This document shows positions 43,143-57,345 of a DNA stretch of 64,000 bases, in pieces. The notes under the pieces are model-generated. The model was not told where the DNA came from. It saw only the letters and a list, made by a program, of their open reading frames with translations, and searched no databases. The position numbers and the translations under genes were made by a program. Source of the DNA: an uncultured Actinomycetes bacterium (lineage in GTDB: Bacteria; Actinomycetota; UBA4738; HRBIN12); assembly GCA_963828885.1 (NCBI GenBank), contig CAWHGC010000012.1:97068-161067 (forward strand), in the 5' to 3' direction. Position 1 is the first letter of the stretch, and each line of letters opens with the position of its first letter.

Positions 43143-44282
43143 ATGGCGCGCATCGATCGGTTCGAGATGGAGCGGATGCAGTCGCTCTACTGGCATCTGG
43201 TCGACTACGACCTGTCCGAGAGCGGCGTCTCCCCGATGTCGATCGCGGAGCTGCTGGAGGGCACCGACCTCGGCGACCCGGCGACGTTCGCGCAGACCAA
43301 GCTCGGCTATCCCCTGTCGGAGGGCTCCGAGCTCACGCGCGAGCGCATCGCGCAGTGGTACCCCGGCGCCACGCACGCGAACGTGACGGTCGTCAACGGC
43401 GGCAGCGAGGCGAACTTCCTGACGCTGTTCACGCTCCTCGGCCGCGGCGACCGGCTCGCGTTCGAGGTGCCCAACTACCTCCAGGGGCCGGGCCTCGGGC
43501 GGCTCTTCGGCGACGGCACCGACACCTTCCGCCTGAAGCTGCGCGGCGGGCGCTGGGGCCTCGACGTCGACGAGCTCGAGCGCTCGGTCGGCAAGACGAC
43601 GAAGGTCATCATGGTCTGCAACCCGAACAACCCGACCGGCGCCGTCATGACCGAGGAGGAGATGGACGCGGTCGTGCGGGTGGCCGAGCGGCGCGGCGCC
43701 TGGATCGTCGCCGACGAGATCTACCGCGGCACCGAGGTCGAGGGCGACGAGCCCTCGCCGAGCTTCTGGGGCCGCGCCGAGCGGGTCGTCGTCACGAGCG
43801 GCCTGTCGAAGGCGTTCGGACTGCCGGGATTGCGCATCGGCTGGGCCGTCGGCCCCGAGGCGTTCATCCACGACCTGTGGGAGCGGCACGACTACACGAC
43901 GCTCACGCCCGGCATGGCGAGCGACATCCTGTGCGGCGCAGCGATGGAACCCTCGAAGCGGGCGGCGATCTTCGAGCGCACGCGCGGCATCGTCCGGTCG
44001 CAGCTCCCCCGGATGGAGGAGTGGATCCACACGCACGACGACATCTTCCGCTACGCGAGGCCGACCGCCGGCGCCATCGCGTACGTGAAGTACCGCCTGC
44101 CGGTGTCGAGCACGAAGCTCGTCGACCGGATCCGCGAGGAGCAGAGCGTGCTGCTGGTGGGCGGCGACCAGTTCGGCCTGGGCAAGGGGCTTCGGTTCGG
44201 CTTCGGGTTCGACATCGAGTACACGATGAAGGGGCTCGCGCGCGTCGACGAGACGCTGGCCGCCGTCGCGAAGCAGAGCTAA
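43143..44282 (+). CDS. PLP-dependent aminotransferase, class I/II
   Basis: The ATG is at 43143. Motifs: NPNNPTG, and SGLSKAFGLPGLRIGW (the PLP lysine). Confidence 0.85.
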   Translation: MARIDRFEMERMQSLYWHLVDYDLSESGVSPMSIAELLEGTDLGDPATFAQTKLGYPLSEGSELTRERIAQWYPGATHANVTVVNGGSEANFLTLFTLLGRGDRLAFEVPNYLQGPGLGRLFGDGTDTFRLKLRGGRWGLDVDELERSVGKTTKVIMVCNPNNPTGAVMTEEEMDAVVRVAERRGAWIVADEIYRGTEVEGDEPSPSFWGRAERVVVTSGLSKAFGLPGLRIGWAVGPEAFIHDLWERHDYTTLTPGMASDILCGAAMEPSKRAAIFERTRGIVRSQLPRMEEWIHTHDDIFRYARPTAGAIAYVKYRLPVSSTKLVDRIREEQSVLLVGGDQFGLGKGLRFGFGFDIEYTMKGLARVDETLAAVAKQS

Positions 44283-44298
44283 GGAACCGGGTAGACCG

Positions 44299-44817
44299 CT
44301 ACTCGCCCTCGAGGCACTTGAAGGTCTGGGTCTCCACCGACCGCAGGACGTCGCCCCGGTCGGCGTCGAACCGGTCGGTGCCGGAGCCGCCGAACAGGGA
44401 GTCGTTCGCCCGGTGGTCCACCCCGTTCAGACATCCGTCGTTGCCCGGACCCGCGCGCATCAGGTCGGGGCCCCGGCCGCCGAAGAGGTAGTCGCTGCCG
44501 TAGTTGCCCTCGAGGAGGTCGCCACCGAGCTTGCCGTCCATGACGTCGCCCGCGCCGCCGCCGATCAGGTGATCGGCTCCCCGGCCGCCGGACAGGACGT
44601 CTGGCCCGGAGCCCCCGTACAGCACGTCGTTGCCGCCGAGGCCGCGGATGAAGTCGTTGCCGCCGAGGCCGCAGATCACGTCGTGGCCGCTCGTCCCCCG
44701 AAGGTCGTCGTCCCCGCTCGTCCCGGTGATCGTGCAGGCGGGGCCGGCGTCGACGGCGTGCATCGGCACCAGTGCGATCGCCGACATCATCAGGAGCACC
44801 ATCGCGAACCGTCGCAT
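44299..44817 (-). CDS. Small secreted protein made of hemolysin-type (RTX-like) calcium-binding GGxGxD repeats
   Basis: The ATG at 44817 gives the signal MRRFAMVLLMMSAIALVPMHA. Repeats follow: GGNDFIRGLGGNDVLYGGSGPDVLSGGRGADHLIGGGAGDVMDG... Confidence 0.7.
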   Translation of the reverse strand: MRRFAMVLLMMSAIALVPMHAVDAGPACTITGTSGDDDLRGTSGHDVICGLGGNDFIRGLGGNDVLYGGSGPDVLSGGRGADHLIGGGAGDVMDGKLGGDLLEGNYGSDYLFGGRGPDLMRAGPGNDGCLNGVDHRANDSLFGGSGTDRFDADRGDVLRSVETQTFKCLEGE

Positions 44818-44946
44818 GCCCTCCACCTCCCCGGATCGGTCGTCGGATGTTCTCATACCGCAGGGGAGCCTCTCGACGCAACCCCGGGCTCCCGGGCGCC
44901 CGCTTCAAGGGGGTCCCCCGATGGACCGATGCTTGAGCCCAAGAGC

Positions 44947-45817
44947 ATGCAGCGCGTCCGAGCGACACTCGCGGCCCTGCCGTCGGGCCTGGTCCTGGCC
45001 TGTTCCGTCCTGCTCACCGATCGGGATCGGCGTCCTCGACTACGTCACCGGCACCTACCTGAGCTTCTCGCTGTTCTACCTGGTGCCGGTGGGGATCGTG
45101 AGCTGGCGCCTGGGCCGGAACATCGGCGTCGCGATGGCCCTGTTCACGGCCGAGGTCGGCCTCGCCGGCGACATGGCGTCCGGGACCGGCCACGGGATCG
45201 CGCCGCTGTGGAACGCCGGCGCCCGTCTCGGCGTGTTCATCACCGTCGCCCTGATCCTGAACCGGCTGACCGAGGCGCTGCAGGCCGCGCACGACCTCGC
45301 GCGCACCGACGCGCTCACCGGCGCCTCGAACGCGCGGTGGTTCGCCGACGTGGCGCGGCTGGAGCTGGCCGGGTCGCACCGGTACCGCACGGCGCTCACG
45401 CTCGCCTATCTCGACCTCGACAACTTCAAGAACGTGAACGACACGTTCGGCCACAGCGTCGGCGACGAGCTCCTGCGCACCGTCGCCGAGACGCTGTCGG
45501 AGCAGCTGCGGCCGAGCGATCTCGTCGCTCGCATGGGCGGCGACGAGTTCGCGGTGCTGATGCCACATACGACCACCGAGGAGGCGATGGCCGCCTTCGA
45601 GCGGATCCGCACCGTGCTGCGGCAGAAGATGACCGACCACGGCTGGGACGTGACCTTCAGCGTCGGCATCGCGTCGGTGACCCGCATGGTCGGTTCGATC
45701 GACGACCTGCTCGCCTACGCGGACCAGCTGATGTACCGGGCCAAGCGCGACGGCAAGGACCGGATCATCTGCGACGGCGCCCCGGCGGCCGACCCCCCGC
45801 TGCGGTCGGTGCTCTAG
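44947..45817 (+). CDS. Membrane-anchored diguanylate cyclase (GGDEF). Apparent extra base at about 45016.
   Basis: MQRVRATLAALPSGLVLACSVLL (frame of ORF 44413..) continues as PIGIGVLDYVTGTYLSFSLFYLVP... (ORF 44630..45817). The motifs RTDALTGASN and ARMGGDEFAVL are present. Confidence 0.8.
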
Positions 45818-48036
45818 GCGACGGCCAGTCGCTCGATCGGGACGGCCCGCATCGCCAGCACGGCGATGTCGTCGGCGGGGGGATCCGGGCGGAAGGCCTC
45901 GACCGCGCGCACGATGCGTTCGGCGATGTCGGCGGCCGGCACGCCGTCGCACGACGCCAGGACGTCGCGCAGTCGGCCCTCGCCGAAGAACTCGTCGCCC
46001 TCGCGCTCCTCGACGACGCCGTCGGTGTACGCGACCAGCGCGTCGTCATGTGCGAGCACCACGTCGACGTCGCGCAGCGTCGGGGTCTCGAACATGCCCA
46101 GCAGCGTCCCGTCGGCGTTCACGTCCTCGATCCGGCCGTCGCTGCGCAGGATCAGGGGCCGCGGATGTCCGCCGCTCGAGACCGTCAGCCGCACGGTCTC
46201 GGCACCGGGCTGGATCCGCAGGAGCGTGGCCGTGCAGAACCGTTCGCTCCCCGAACGCAGCAGCGCCTCGTTGAGGATCTGGAGGATCTCGCTCGGACGC
46301 GAGCGGCCCAGCGCCGCCGTTCGGACCGTGTAGCGCGCCAGCGCCATGACGGCGGCGGCCTCGGCGCCCTTGCCCGAGACGTCGCCCACGACGGCGAACC
46401 AGTCCCGGCGGTCGCCGGCGAACACGTCGTAGAAGTCGCCCGCCACCTCGTTGCCGGTGCCGGCCGGCCGGTACTGCGAGCCGAGGTCGAGGCCGGGGAT
46501 CTCCGGCAACCGCGGCGGCCGCAGGCTCGTCTCGAGCGTCTCCGCCACCCGGTTGCGATCCTCGAACAGCCGCGCGTTGTCGATCGCCGTCGCCGCCCGC
46601 CGCGCGAGGTCGACCGCCAGGCCGAGGTCGTCCTCGTCGAAGCGGCGCCCCGAGTCGCCGCACACGAAGCTCATGGCGCCGAGCAGGCGTCCGCGCGAGA
46701 TCAGCGGCACCGTCATCACGGACTCGAGCCGGAGCGTGCGGATCGTCTCGTCCAGGTCGGGGTGCTCGCGCACGAACGCATCGATCAGCTCCTGGGGGAT
46801 CACCGGCACCAGCTCGGGCACCCCGGTGCGGATCACCGCGCCGATGCCCGACGGGGCGTCGAGGTTCGGCGGGAACCGCTCGCGCAGGCTGCGCGCCATC
46901 TCCACCTTCGCCGGATCCACGTGCGTGACGGCGAGGGAGCGGAGCTGGCCGTCCGGATCGAGCAGCTCCACGGAGCACCAGTCGGCGAACTCCGGGACGG
47001 CGGCCTCGGCGACGCGGCCGATCGTCTCCTCGACGTCGAGCGAGCTGCTCAGGAGCTCGCTGGCCTCGGCGAGGAACCGCGTGCGCGTCGCGGCCACCTG
47101 CTCGGCATCGTGCGCACGGGCGCGCGCGAGCGCCTGGCCGACCTGCCGCCCGATCGTGAGCAGGAACGTCTCGCGGCCCGCCTCCTCGACGGGGTCGATC
47201 TCGAAGACGAGGACGACGGCGCCGACCGGCGCGGCGGCGCCGACGATCGGGAACGCCCACACCTCTGCGGGCGTGTCGGGCGAGATGAGCTGACGAGCGG
47301 CCCCGGGCGTCGGCCCCTCGGCCTCGCTCAGCGGCAGCCGAACGACACGCCGCTCGCGGACGGCGCGCGCGGCCGGCAGCGTGGAGGCCTCGACCGACAG
47401 GTGCCGTCCCTCCGGGAGGTAGAGCTCGTCGGGCAGGGTCGTGCCCAGGAGATCGAGCATGCCGCTCCGCCTCGTCCATGAGGTACATCGTGGCGGCGAG
47501 ACCGCCGGTGGCCGCCACCAGCTGCTGGATGCCGACCTCGCCCGACGTCGCTGACCGTGAGGGCGTCCGACAGCGCGGACGTGACCTCCTGGAGCCGCGT
47601 GAGCCGCTCCTGGTTGATCGACCGCTGCAGCTCGAGCTCGACCCGCTCCGTCACGTCCATGGAGACGCCGACCAGCCCGACGGCGTTGCCGTCCGCGTCC
47701 TTCACGACGCGCCCCCAGCCCTCGATCCACCGCACGGCGCCGTCCGGGCGGATCGTCCGGTGCTGGATCTGATGCATGCCGCCTCCGTCGAGCGAGCGGT
47801 CGATCCGGCGCACGGCGCTCTCCCGGTCGTCGGGGTGCAGCCGCTCGAGGTAGGCCTCGTAGGTGCCGGGGAACGTGCCGGGCTCGAGGCCGTAGACGGG
47901 CCTCGGTGGCGGCGTCCCACTCGACCCGCCCGGTCGAGGTGTCCCAGCTCCACGTGCCCATGCCGCTCGCCTCGAGGGCCAGCTGCATGCGCAGGAGCAG
48001 CTCCTCCTGATCGAGTTCGAGATCCTTGTCGGTCAC
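45814..48036 (-). CDS. PAS-GAF-GAF-PP2C (SpoIIE-family) phosphatase, read through three apparent +1 insertions
   Basis: The PAS domain is GMGTWSWDTSTGRVEWDAATEA, then VYGLEPGTFPGTYEAYLERLHPDD...IRPDGAVRWIEGWG. The first GAF starts with GIQQLVAATGGLAATMYLMDEAER, then MLDLLGTTLPDELYLP. A second GAF (ADWCSVELLD...) and a PP2C core (GDFYDVF...VVGDVSGKG...AYTDGV) follow. Shifts are near 47900, 47543 and 47462. Confidence 0.8.
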   Translation of the reverse strand: MTDKDLELDQEELLLRMQLALEASGMGTWSWDTSTGRVEWDAATEARLRPRARHVPRHLRGLPRAAAPRRPGERRAPDRPLARRRRHASDPAPDDPPGRRRAVDRGLGARREGRGRQRRRAGRRLHGRDGAGRARAAAVDQPGAAHAAPGGHVRAVGRPHGQRRRARSASSSWWRPPAVSPPRCTSWTRRSGMLDLLGTTLPDELYLPEGRHLSVEASTLPAARAVRERRVVRLPLSEAEGPTPGAARQLISPDTPAEVWAFPIVGAAAPVGAVVLVFEIDPVEEAGRETFLLTIGRQVGQALARARAHDAEQVAATRTRFLAEASELLSSSLDVEETIGRVAEAAVPEFADWCSVELLDPDGQLRSLAVTHVDPAKVEMARSLRERFPPNLDAPSGIGAVIRTGVPELVPVIPQELIDAFVREHPDLDETIRTLRLESVMTVPLISRGRLLGAMSFVCGDSGRRFDEDDLGLAVDLARRAATAIDNARLFEDRNRVAETLETSLRPPRLPEIPGLDLGSQYRPAGTGNEVAGDFYDVFAGDRRDWFAVVGDVSGKGAEAAAVMALARYTVRTAALGRSRPSEILQILNEALLRSGSERFCTATLLRIQPGAETVRLTVSSGGHPRPLILRSDGRIEDVNADGTLLGMFETPTLRDVDVVLAHDDALVAYTDGVVEEREGDEFFGEGRLRDVLASCDGVPAADIAERIVRAVEAFRPDPPADDIAVLAMRAVPIERLAVA

Positions 48037-48046
48037 GTCGCCGAGG

Positions 48047-50147
48047 CTACGGGCTCACGCTCTGGACCGCAACGGGAGCCGCCGGTCTCGGCCCCAGGCG
48101 CAGCCGCCGCAGCAGTTGCGCGTTGGCGGCGACGACGATCGTCGACACGCTCATCAGCACGGCGCCGACCGCCGGCGCGAGCGTGACGCCGGCGAAGGCG
48201 AACACCCCCGCAGCCACCGGGATCGCGATGGCGTTGTAGCCCGTCGCCCACACGAGGTTCTGCACCATCTTCCGGTAGGTGGCGCGCGACAGGCGGATCA
48301 CGTCGACGACGGCCCGCGGGTCGTCGCGCGCCAGCACGACGCCGGCCGACTCGATCGCGACGTCGGTGCCGGCGCCGATCGCGATGCCCACGTCGGCGCG
48401 GGCCAGCGCGGGGGCGTCGTTCACCCCGTCGCCGACCATCGCGACGACGTCGCCGGCGGCCTGCAGGCGCTCCACCGCGGCGGCCTTGTCCTCGGGCAGG
48501 ACCTCCGCGACGACCTCGTCGATGCCGACCTCGGCGGCGACGGCCTCGGCCACGCGGCGGGCGTCGCCCGTCATCATGGCGACGCGGACGCCGAGCTCGT
48601 GCAGGAGCCGCACCGCCTCCACCGACTCCGGGCGGACCTCGTCCTCGAGGGCGAGCGCGCCGGCCACGCGGTCCTCGCGCAGCACGATACAGGACGACGG
48701 CGCCGCGCGCCTCCCACGTCTCGATCACGTCACGGAGCTCGGCGGGGGGCTGCATCGAGCGCTCGCGCAGGAGCGACGGACCGCCGACGGCGACGCGGAC
48801 GCCCTCGACGTCGGCCTCGACGCCGCGGCCCGTCATCGAGCGGAACGCCGAGGCGGCCGGCACGGCACCCCGCTCGGATGCGGCCGAGACGATCGCGCGG
48901 GCGAGCGGATGCTCGCTGTCGGCCTCGGCGGCGGCGGCCAGCCGCAGCAGGGCGTCCCCGTCACCGTCGAGTGCGGCGGCGCCGGCCAGGACGTGCCGGC
49001 CGGCCGTCAGCGTGCCGGTCTTGTCGAACAGCACGACGTCGACCTGCCGCATCCGTTCCAGCGCAAGGCGGTCCTTCACGAGGATGCCGTGCCGCGCCGA
49101 CAGCGACGTCGAGATGGCGACGACGAGCGGGATCGCCAGACCCAGCGCGTGCGGGCAGGCGATGACGAGCACGGTGACGGTGCGCTCGATCGCCGAACGC
49201 GTGTCGCCGAGGATCGACCACACCACGAACGTGGCGACGGCGGCCGACGCCGCCACGTAGAACAGGAGCGCGGCCGCCCGGTCGGCCAGCGCCTGCGCCC
49301 TCGAGCGCGAGGACTGCGCCTCCTCGACGAGCCGCCGGATACCGGCGAGCGCGGTCTGCTCCCCCACGGCCTCGACGCGGACGCGGATCGCCGAGTCGGT
49401 CGCGACGGTGCCGGCCACGACGCGGTCGCCGACGGCGCGCGCGGCCGGCCGCGACTCGCCGGTGATCATCGACTCGTCGAGCTCGGCGGCCCCGTCCACG
49501 ATGACGCCGTCGGCCGGCACGCGTCCGCCGGAACGGACGAGGACCACGTCGCCGACGGCGAGCTCGCTCGCCGGCACCGTCCGCACGCCGCCGCCCGTCA
49601 CGACCTCGGCCTCGTCGGGCAGGAGCGACGCGAGGGCCTCGAGGGCGCCGCTCGCCTGCCCGATCGCGCGCATCTCGAGCCAGTGGCCGAGCAGCATCAC
49701 CGCGATCAGCGCGGCGAGCTCCCACCAGAAGTCGAGGTCGACCAGCCCGAACTCGGTCGCCCAGCTCGCCGCGAACGCGACCGAGATCGCGAGCCCGATC
49801 AACAGCATCATGCCGGGCTGCCGCGACCGGACCTCGGAGACCGCGCCCGTGAGGAAGGGCCACCCGCCGTAGAAGAAGATCACGGTGCCGAGCACGGCGG
49901 GGATCCACCGGCTGCCGGGGAAGACCGGCGCCTCGTAGCCGAGCAGGTCCTGGAACATCCGGCTGAAGAGCAGGACCGGAACGCTGAGCGCGAGGGTCAG
50001 CCAGAAGCGCGACCGGAACATCGCGGCGTGATCGCCGTGACCCTCGTGGCCGCCGTGACCCTCGTGGCCGCCGTGACCCTCGTGGCCCTGGTGGCCTTCG
50101 TGCTCGCCGTGGTCGGCGTCGTGCGCACGGTGCCTGGTCTCCTCCAT
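48047..50147 (-). CDS. copB: P1B-type heavy-metal ATPase, CopB-like (CPH motif, His-rich N-terminus). Apparent +1 insertion at about 48688.
   Basis: The N-terminus is HGEHEGHQGHEGHGGHEGHGGHEGHGDH. The TM6 motif is ACPHALG. Other motifs: DKTGTLT and, in ORF 48047..48685, GDGVNDAP. The junction reads ...ARGAVVLY then VLREDRVAGALALEDEVRPES. Confidence 0.85.
50034..50087. repeat. Perfect 18-bp tandem repeat x3 (gccgtgaccctcgtggcc) encoding the (HEGHGG)n metal-binding tail of the ATPase
   Basis: Counted directly: units at 50034-50051, 50052-50069 and 50070-50087. Confidence 0.9.
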
Positions 50148-50193
50148 CCCCGCAGGCTACCGGAGGGGGTGTCGACGCCCGGGTCCGGACCGG

Positions 50194-52781
50194 TCAGGGG
50201 CCGCGGAAGCCGACGACCTCGACGCCGGCCCGGCCGAGCCGCCACGTCATCTCGATGGCGAACGGGTGCTCCTCGACCGTGAGCTCGTCCGGATTGTCGA
50301 CCAGGATGCGGGTCGACCGTCCCGCGTCGAACGACCGGTGCGCGACGCCGAAGCCGTCGACCACGCGGGACGCCGCCCCCGCGTCGCCGCTCGGCACGGA
50401 GAACCGGAGCGGCGCCTCGAACGGCGGGAGGGCGAGGGCGGCGCGGCGCGCCGAGGCCTCGGCGTGCACCCGCTCCGCCGACCCGATCGCGGGAGCCGGG
50501 AGTCCCCGGTCGTGGAGCCGGTTCGGCCCGAACATGGCGTTCCACAGGACGCGGTGCATCCCCTCCGGCATCCCCCGCCGGTTCGGGTCGCTCGGGAAGA
50601 TCACCACGCGCCCGTCGCCCGCGCGCTGGTCCACGCACACCGCCGTCCCGGCGACCGATCGCGGATCGTCCGCGTACCCCGACACGAACCAGTCGCCGGA
50701 GTCGAGCTCCGGGTAGACGATCGGCACGTCGGCGGGACGATCCACCTTCGCGACCAGGTCGTCGTCGAACAACACCCATGCGAAGCGGCCGACGCCCGCC
50801 GCGAGCGGGCTGTCCTGCGAGAGGCGGGCACGCAGCAGGCTCCCCGGCACGTCGGCGGACGGGAAGTGCAGCGTGGCCGTCGACAGACCGGTCAATGCGG
50901 CGAGCTTGGCGCCGCCGCCGCGGAACCCCACGTACCGGCCGCCGCCGTTCACCCAGTCCACGAGGTTGCGCACGCCGCGGCGCTTCAGCAGCTCGAGCCC
51001 CTTGCTCGATCCGGCGCCGGACGCCACCAGCAGGTCGATGTCCTCGAGCGCGCCGTCGACGATGTCGGCCGGATCCAGCTGCGTGTACGGCAGCTCCCAG
51101 CGCGTGTCGAGCAGCCATCGCATCGAGCCCCACGACTCGGCCGAGTAGGTGCCCTTCGACATGCGGAACAGCCCGATCCGAGGCAGGTTCGACGGCGGGT
51201 CCGGAGGACCCGGGTCCGACATCGGGGGCACCGTCGAGGCGTCGGGATGCAGGCGTTCGCCGGACAGTCCGCCCTCGAGGTTGAACAGCAGCGGGCTGCT
51301 CCACCCGCTCAGGCTGAAGGTGTAGATCGTCGGCAGGTAGGTGTTCTCGTTCAGCATCGACTGGATCCAGTGCTTCTGCGGCTGCGCCATCGGGATCCAG
51401 TACGTGCCGGCCGGCAGCGTCCGGCGCCGGGCGGGCCGTCCGTACGGACGGAAGTCCGGCACCACGAGCGGCGACTCCAGCACCTTCACCGTCACGTCCA
51501 TCCGCTGGAGGCGCCGGACCAGCCGCTGCACCTCCGGCGCCTTCCCCTCGTTCGGCAGGATGAAGTAGTGGCGCACCGGGCGAGGGTCCACCGGCATCCG
51601 GACGGGCTTGTCCGGGTGGTAGTAGCGGTGGTTGGGCTCCAGCACGCCCTGGCGGCCCTCGTCGACCGCCTTCGCGAGGATGCGCGTGCAGCTTCGCGAG
51701 CTTCGCCGGCACGTCCTGCGCGGCCATCGTGAGCGCGACCCACTGCACGGTGAGGTGGCGTGCGAACCGCCGGTCCAGCGTGGCGCCGTTGTACACCTCG
51801 ATCGTCATGCCGGCGCCCTGGAAGCCGTGCGCGACGAGCGTGTCGTTGAACTGCGACGCGAAGAAGTCGTAGACGCCGCCGTGGAAGTAGTCCCAGCCCT
51901 CGACGTCGAAGCGCGCTCCGAAGGCGTTGCCGAAGGCGTCGATCCAGCGGATCACGGTCTCGTCGGTCTCGTGGTACTGCGGATCGTTGTTGGGCGGGAA
52001 GAACGAGCGGTAGTAGCCGAACTCGTGGTCGTCGAGCAGCATCAACGGCGGGTACTGCCGCATCAGCTCGACGCGCGCGTCGGTCTCGGGCTGCGTGCGG
52101 GCGAACGTGTCGCGGTTCAGGTCGAACCCGTACGCGTTGCGGCGGGTGTCGGCCTCGCGGCCGTCGGGGTTCTGCACGGGCACGAACACGACGATCGCGT
52201 GGTCCAGCACGCCCGTCACCACGCAGTCGTCGCGGTCGGCGAGCTCGTACAGGGTCTGGAGCGAGGCGTCGGTGCCGCTCTCCTCGTTGCCGTGGATGTT
52301 CGCCATCACCCACAGGATCGCCGGGGTCGTGGCGGCAAGCGTCGCGACCTCGTCGGCCGGCGTCTGTGGATCGCGGATCTGCGCGGTCGCGTCGCGGATG
52401 TCGGCGAGCGCCTGCGGCGTCACGTGCTCCGGGACTGCCCACGATCGCGTACCGGATCGGGTGTCCCAGCACGGAGGTGCCGACCACGTCCGTCACGACC
52501 CGGTCGCTCGCGGCCGCGACGGCGTCGAGGTAGGCGTCGGACTCCGCCGTCGTCACCTCGCGGTCGACGCCGAGCGGGAACCCCAGGACGTCCTCGGGGC
52601 TCGGCACGACGCCCATGAACGAGGCCGGGGTGTCGAAGGGATCGCACGCGCCGTCGCCGGCGAGCGCCGACGGGAGCTTGAACGGCAGCGAGGCCGCAGC
52701 GGCGGCCACCGCCGACGCCTGCAGGAACCGACGCCGGGTGAGCGGCCGGATCAGCGGATCCGGAACGCGCGGGTCCGTCAT
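50194..52781 (-). CDS. TAT-exported M14-family zinc carboxypeptidase-like protein (about 860 aa), read through two apparent +1 insertions
   Basis: The ATG at 52781 gives MTDPRVPDPLIRPLTRRRFLQASAVAAAAA (twin-arginine signal). Zinc site: ANIHGNEESG...NPDG. Junctions are near 52431 (...YAIVGSP then EHVTPQALADI) and near 51683 (...AKLAKLHA then ILAKAVDEGRQGVLEPNHRYY). The stop is at 50194. Confidence 0.75.
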
Positions 52782-52885
52782 GCGAACGCCCTCCCTCCGG
52801 CGGCCACGGCACCGCCATCGCCGTGAGGCCGCAGCATGCACGAGGTGTGCGCCGGGTGCGCAATCCACAGGAAGCGGCGCGTGAC

Positions 52886-56687
<3,802 letters not shown>

Positions 56688-56739
56688 GTGGACTCCTTCT
56701 ATCCGCTGGGGGCTATCGCTTCGCTACTTGAGCCCCTCC

Positions 56740-57345
56740 CTACGGGGATCGGGCCCCGTCCATCAGTGGCGTGAGCAGGTCCTCGAGCGGGGCGATGCCG
56801 AGGTCGTGGATCTCCAGCGGCCGCTCCATCCACTCCGCGATCTCGCGCGCCTTGGCCTCGCGATCGGGGTCGGGGTGCTGCCGCACGAACAGGATGCGCG
56901 TGATGTTGTCGAAGTAGGTCTCCTTCAGCCACGGGAACCGATCGAGGCCGAGGCCGCCGATCACCGCGCGGTCCCAGTTCGTGACGAGCCAGTCGGTGAG
57001 GAAGTAGATGCCGATGTCGTCGGTGAACCGTTCGAACAGGTCGCCGGCGTACCACTGGAAGCAGTGCACGCCGGCGGGGCGCACGGCCGGATATCGCGAG
57101 AGGACCTCGTCCAGGCGGCCGCCGGTGCCGCAGTCGCCGTACACGACGATGACGCGGTCGTACTTCGGCGTCAGGACCTTCAGCTTCGCCTCCACCGCCG
57201 GCCCGATGTCGAGCGGCGTCATGTGCAGGTCGCTCGAGATGCCGTGGATGTCGGCGGCCCAGCCGTGCTTGTTCACGAGGAACGCGGTGTCCTGCGCGAC
57301 GGCACCGCACGCGATGAACGCGACCCTCGCGCCGGTGGAGGTCAT
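56740..57345 (-). CDS. DUF1638 domain protein (commonly linked to corrinoid methyltransferase clusters)
   Basis: The ATG at 57345 overlaps the upstream stop (ATGA). The sequence reads ...VAFIACGAV...VIVVYGDCGTGG... Confidence 0.7.
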   Translation of the reverse strand: MTSTGARVAFIACGAVAQDTAFLVNKHGWAADIHGISSDLHMTPLDIGPAVEAKLKVLTPKYDRVIVVYGDCGTGGRLDEVLSRYPAVRPAGVHCFQWYAGDLFERFTDDIGIYFLTDWLVTNWDRAVIGGLGLDRFPWLKETYFDNITRILFVRQHPDPDREAKAREIAEWMERPLEIHDLGIAPLEDLLTPLMDGARSP

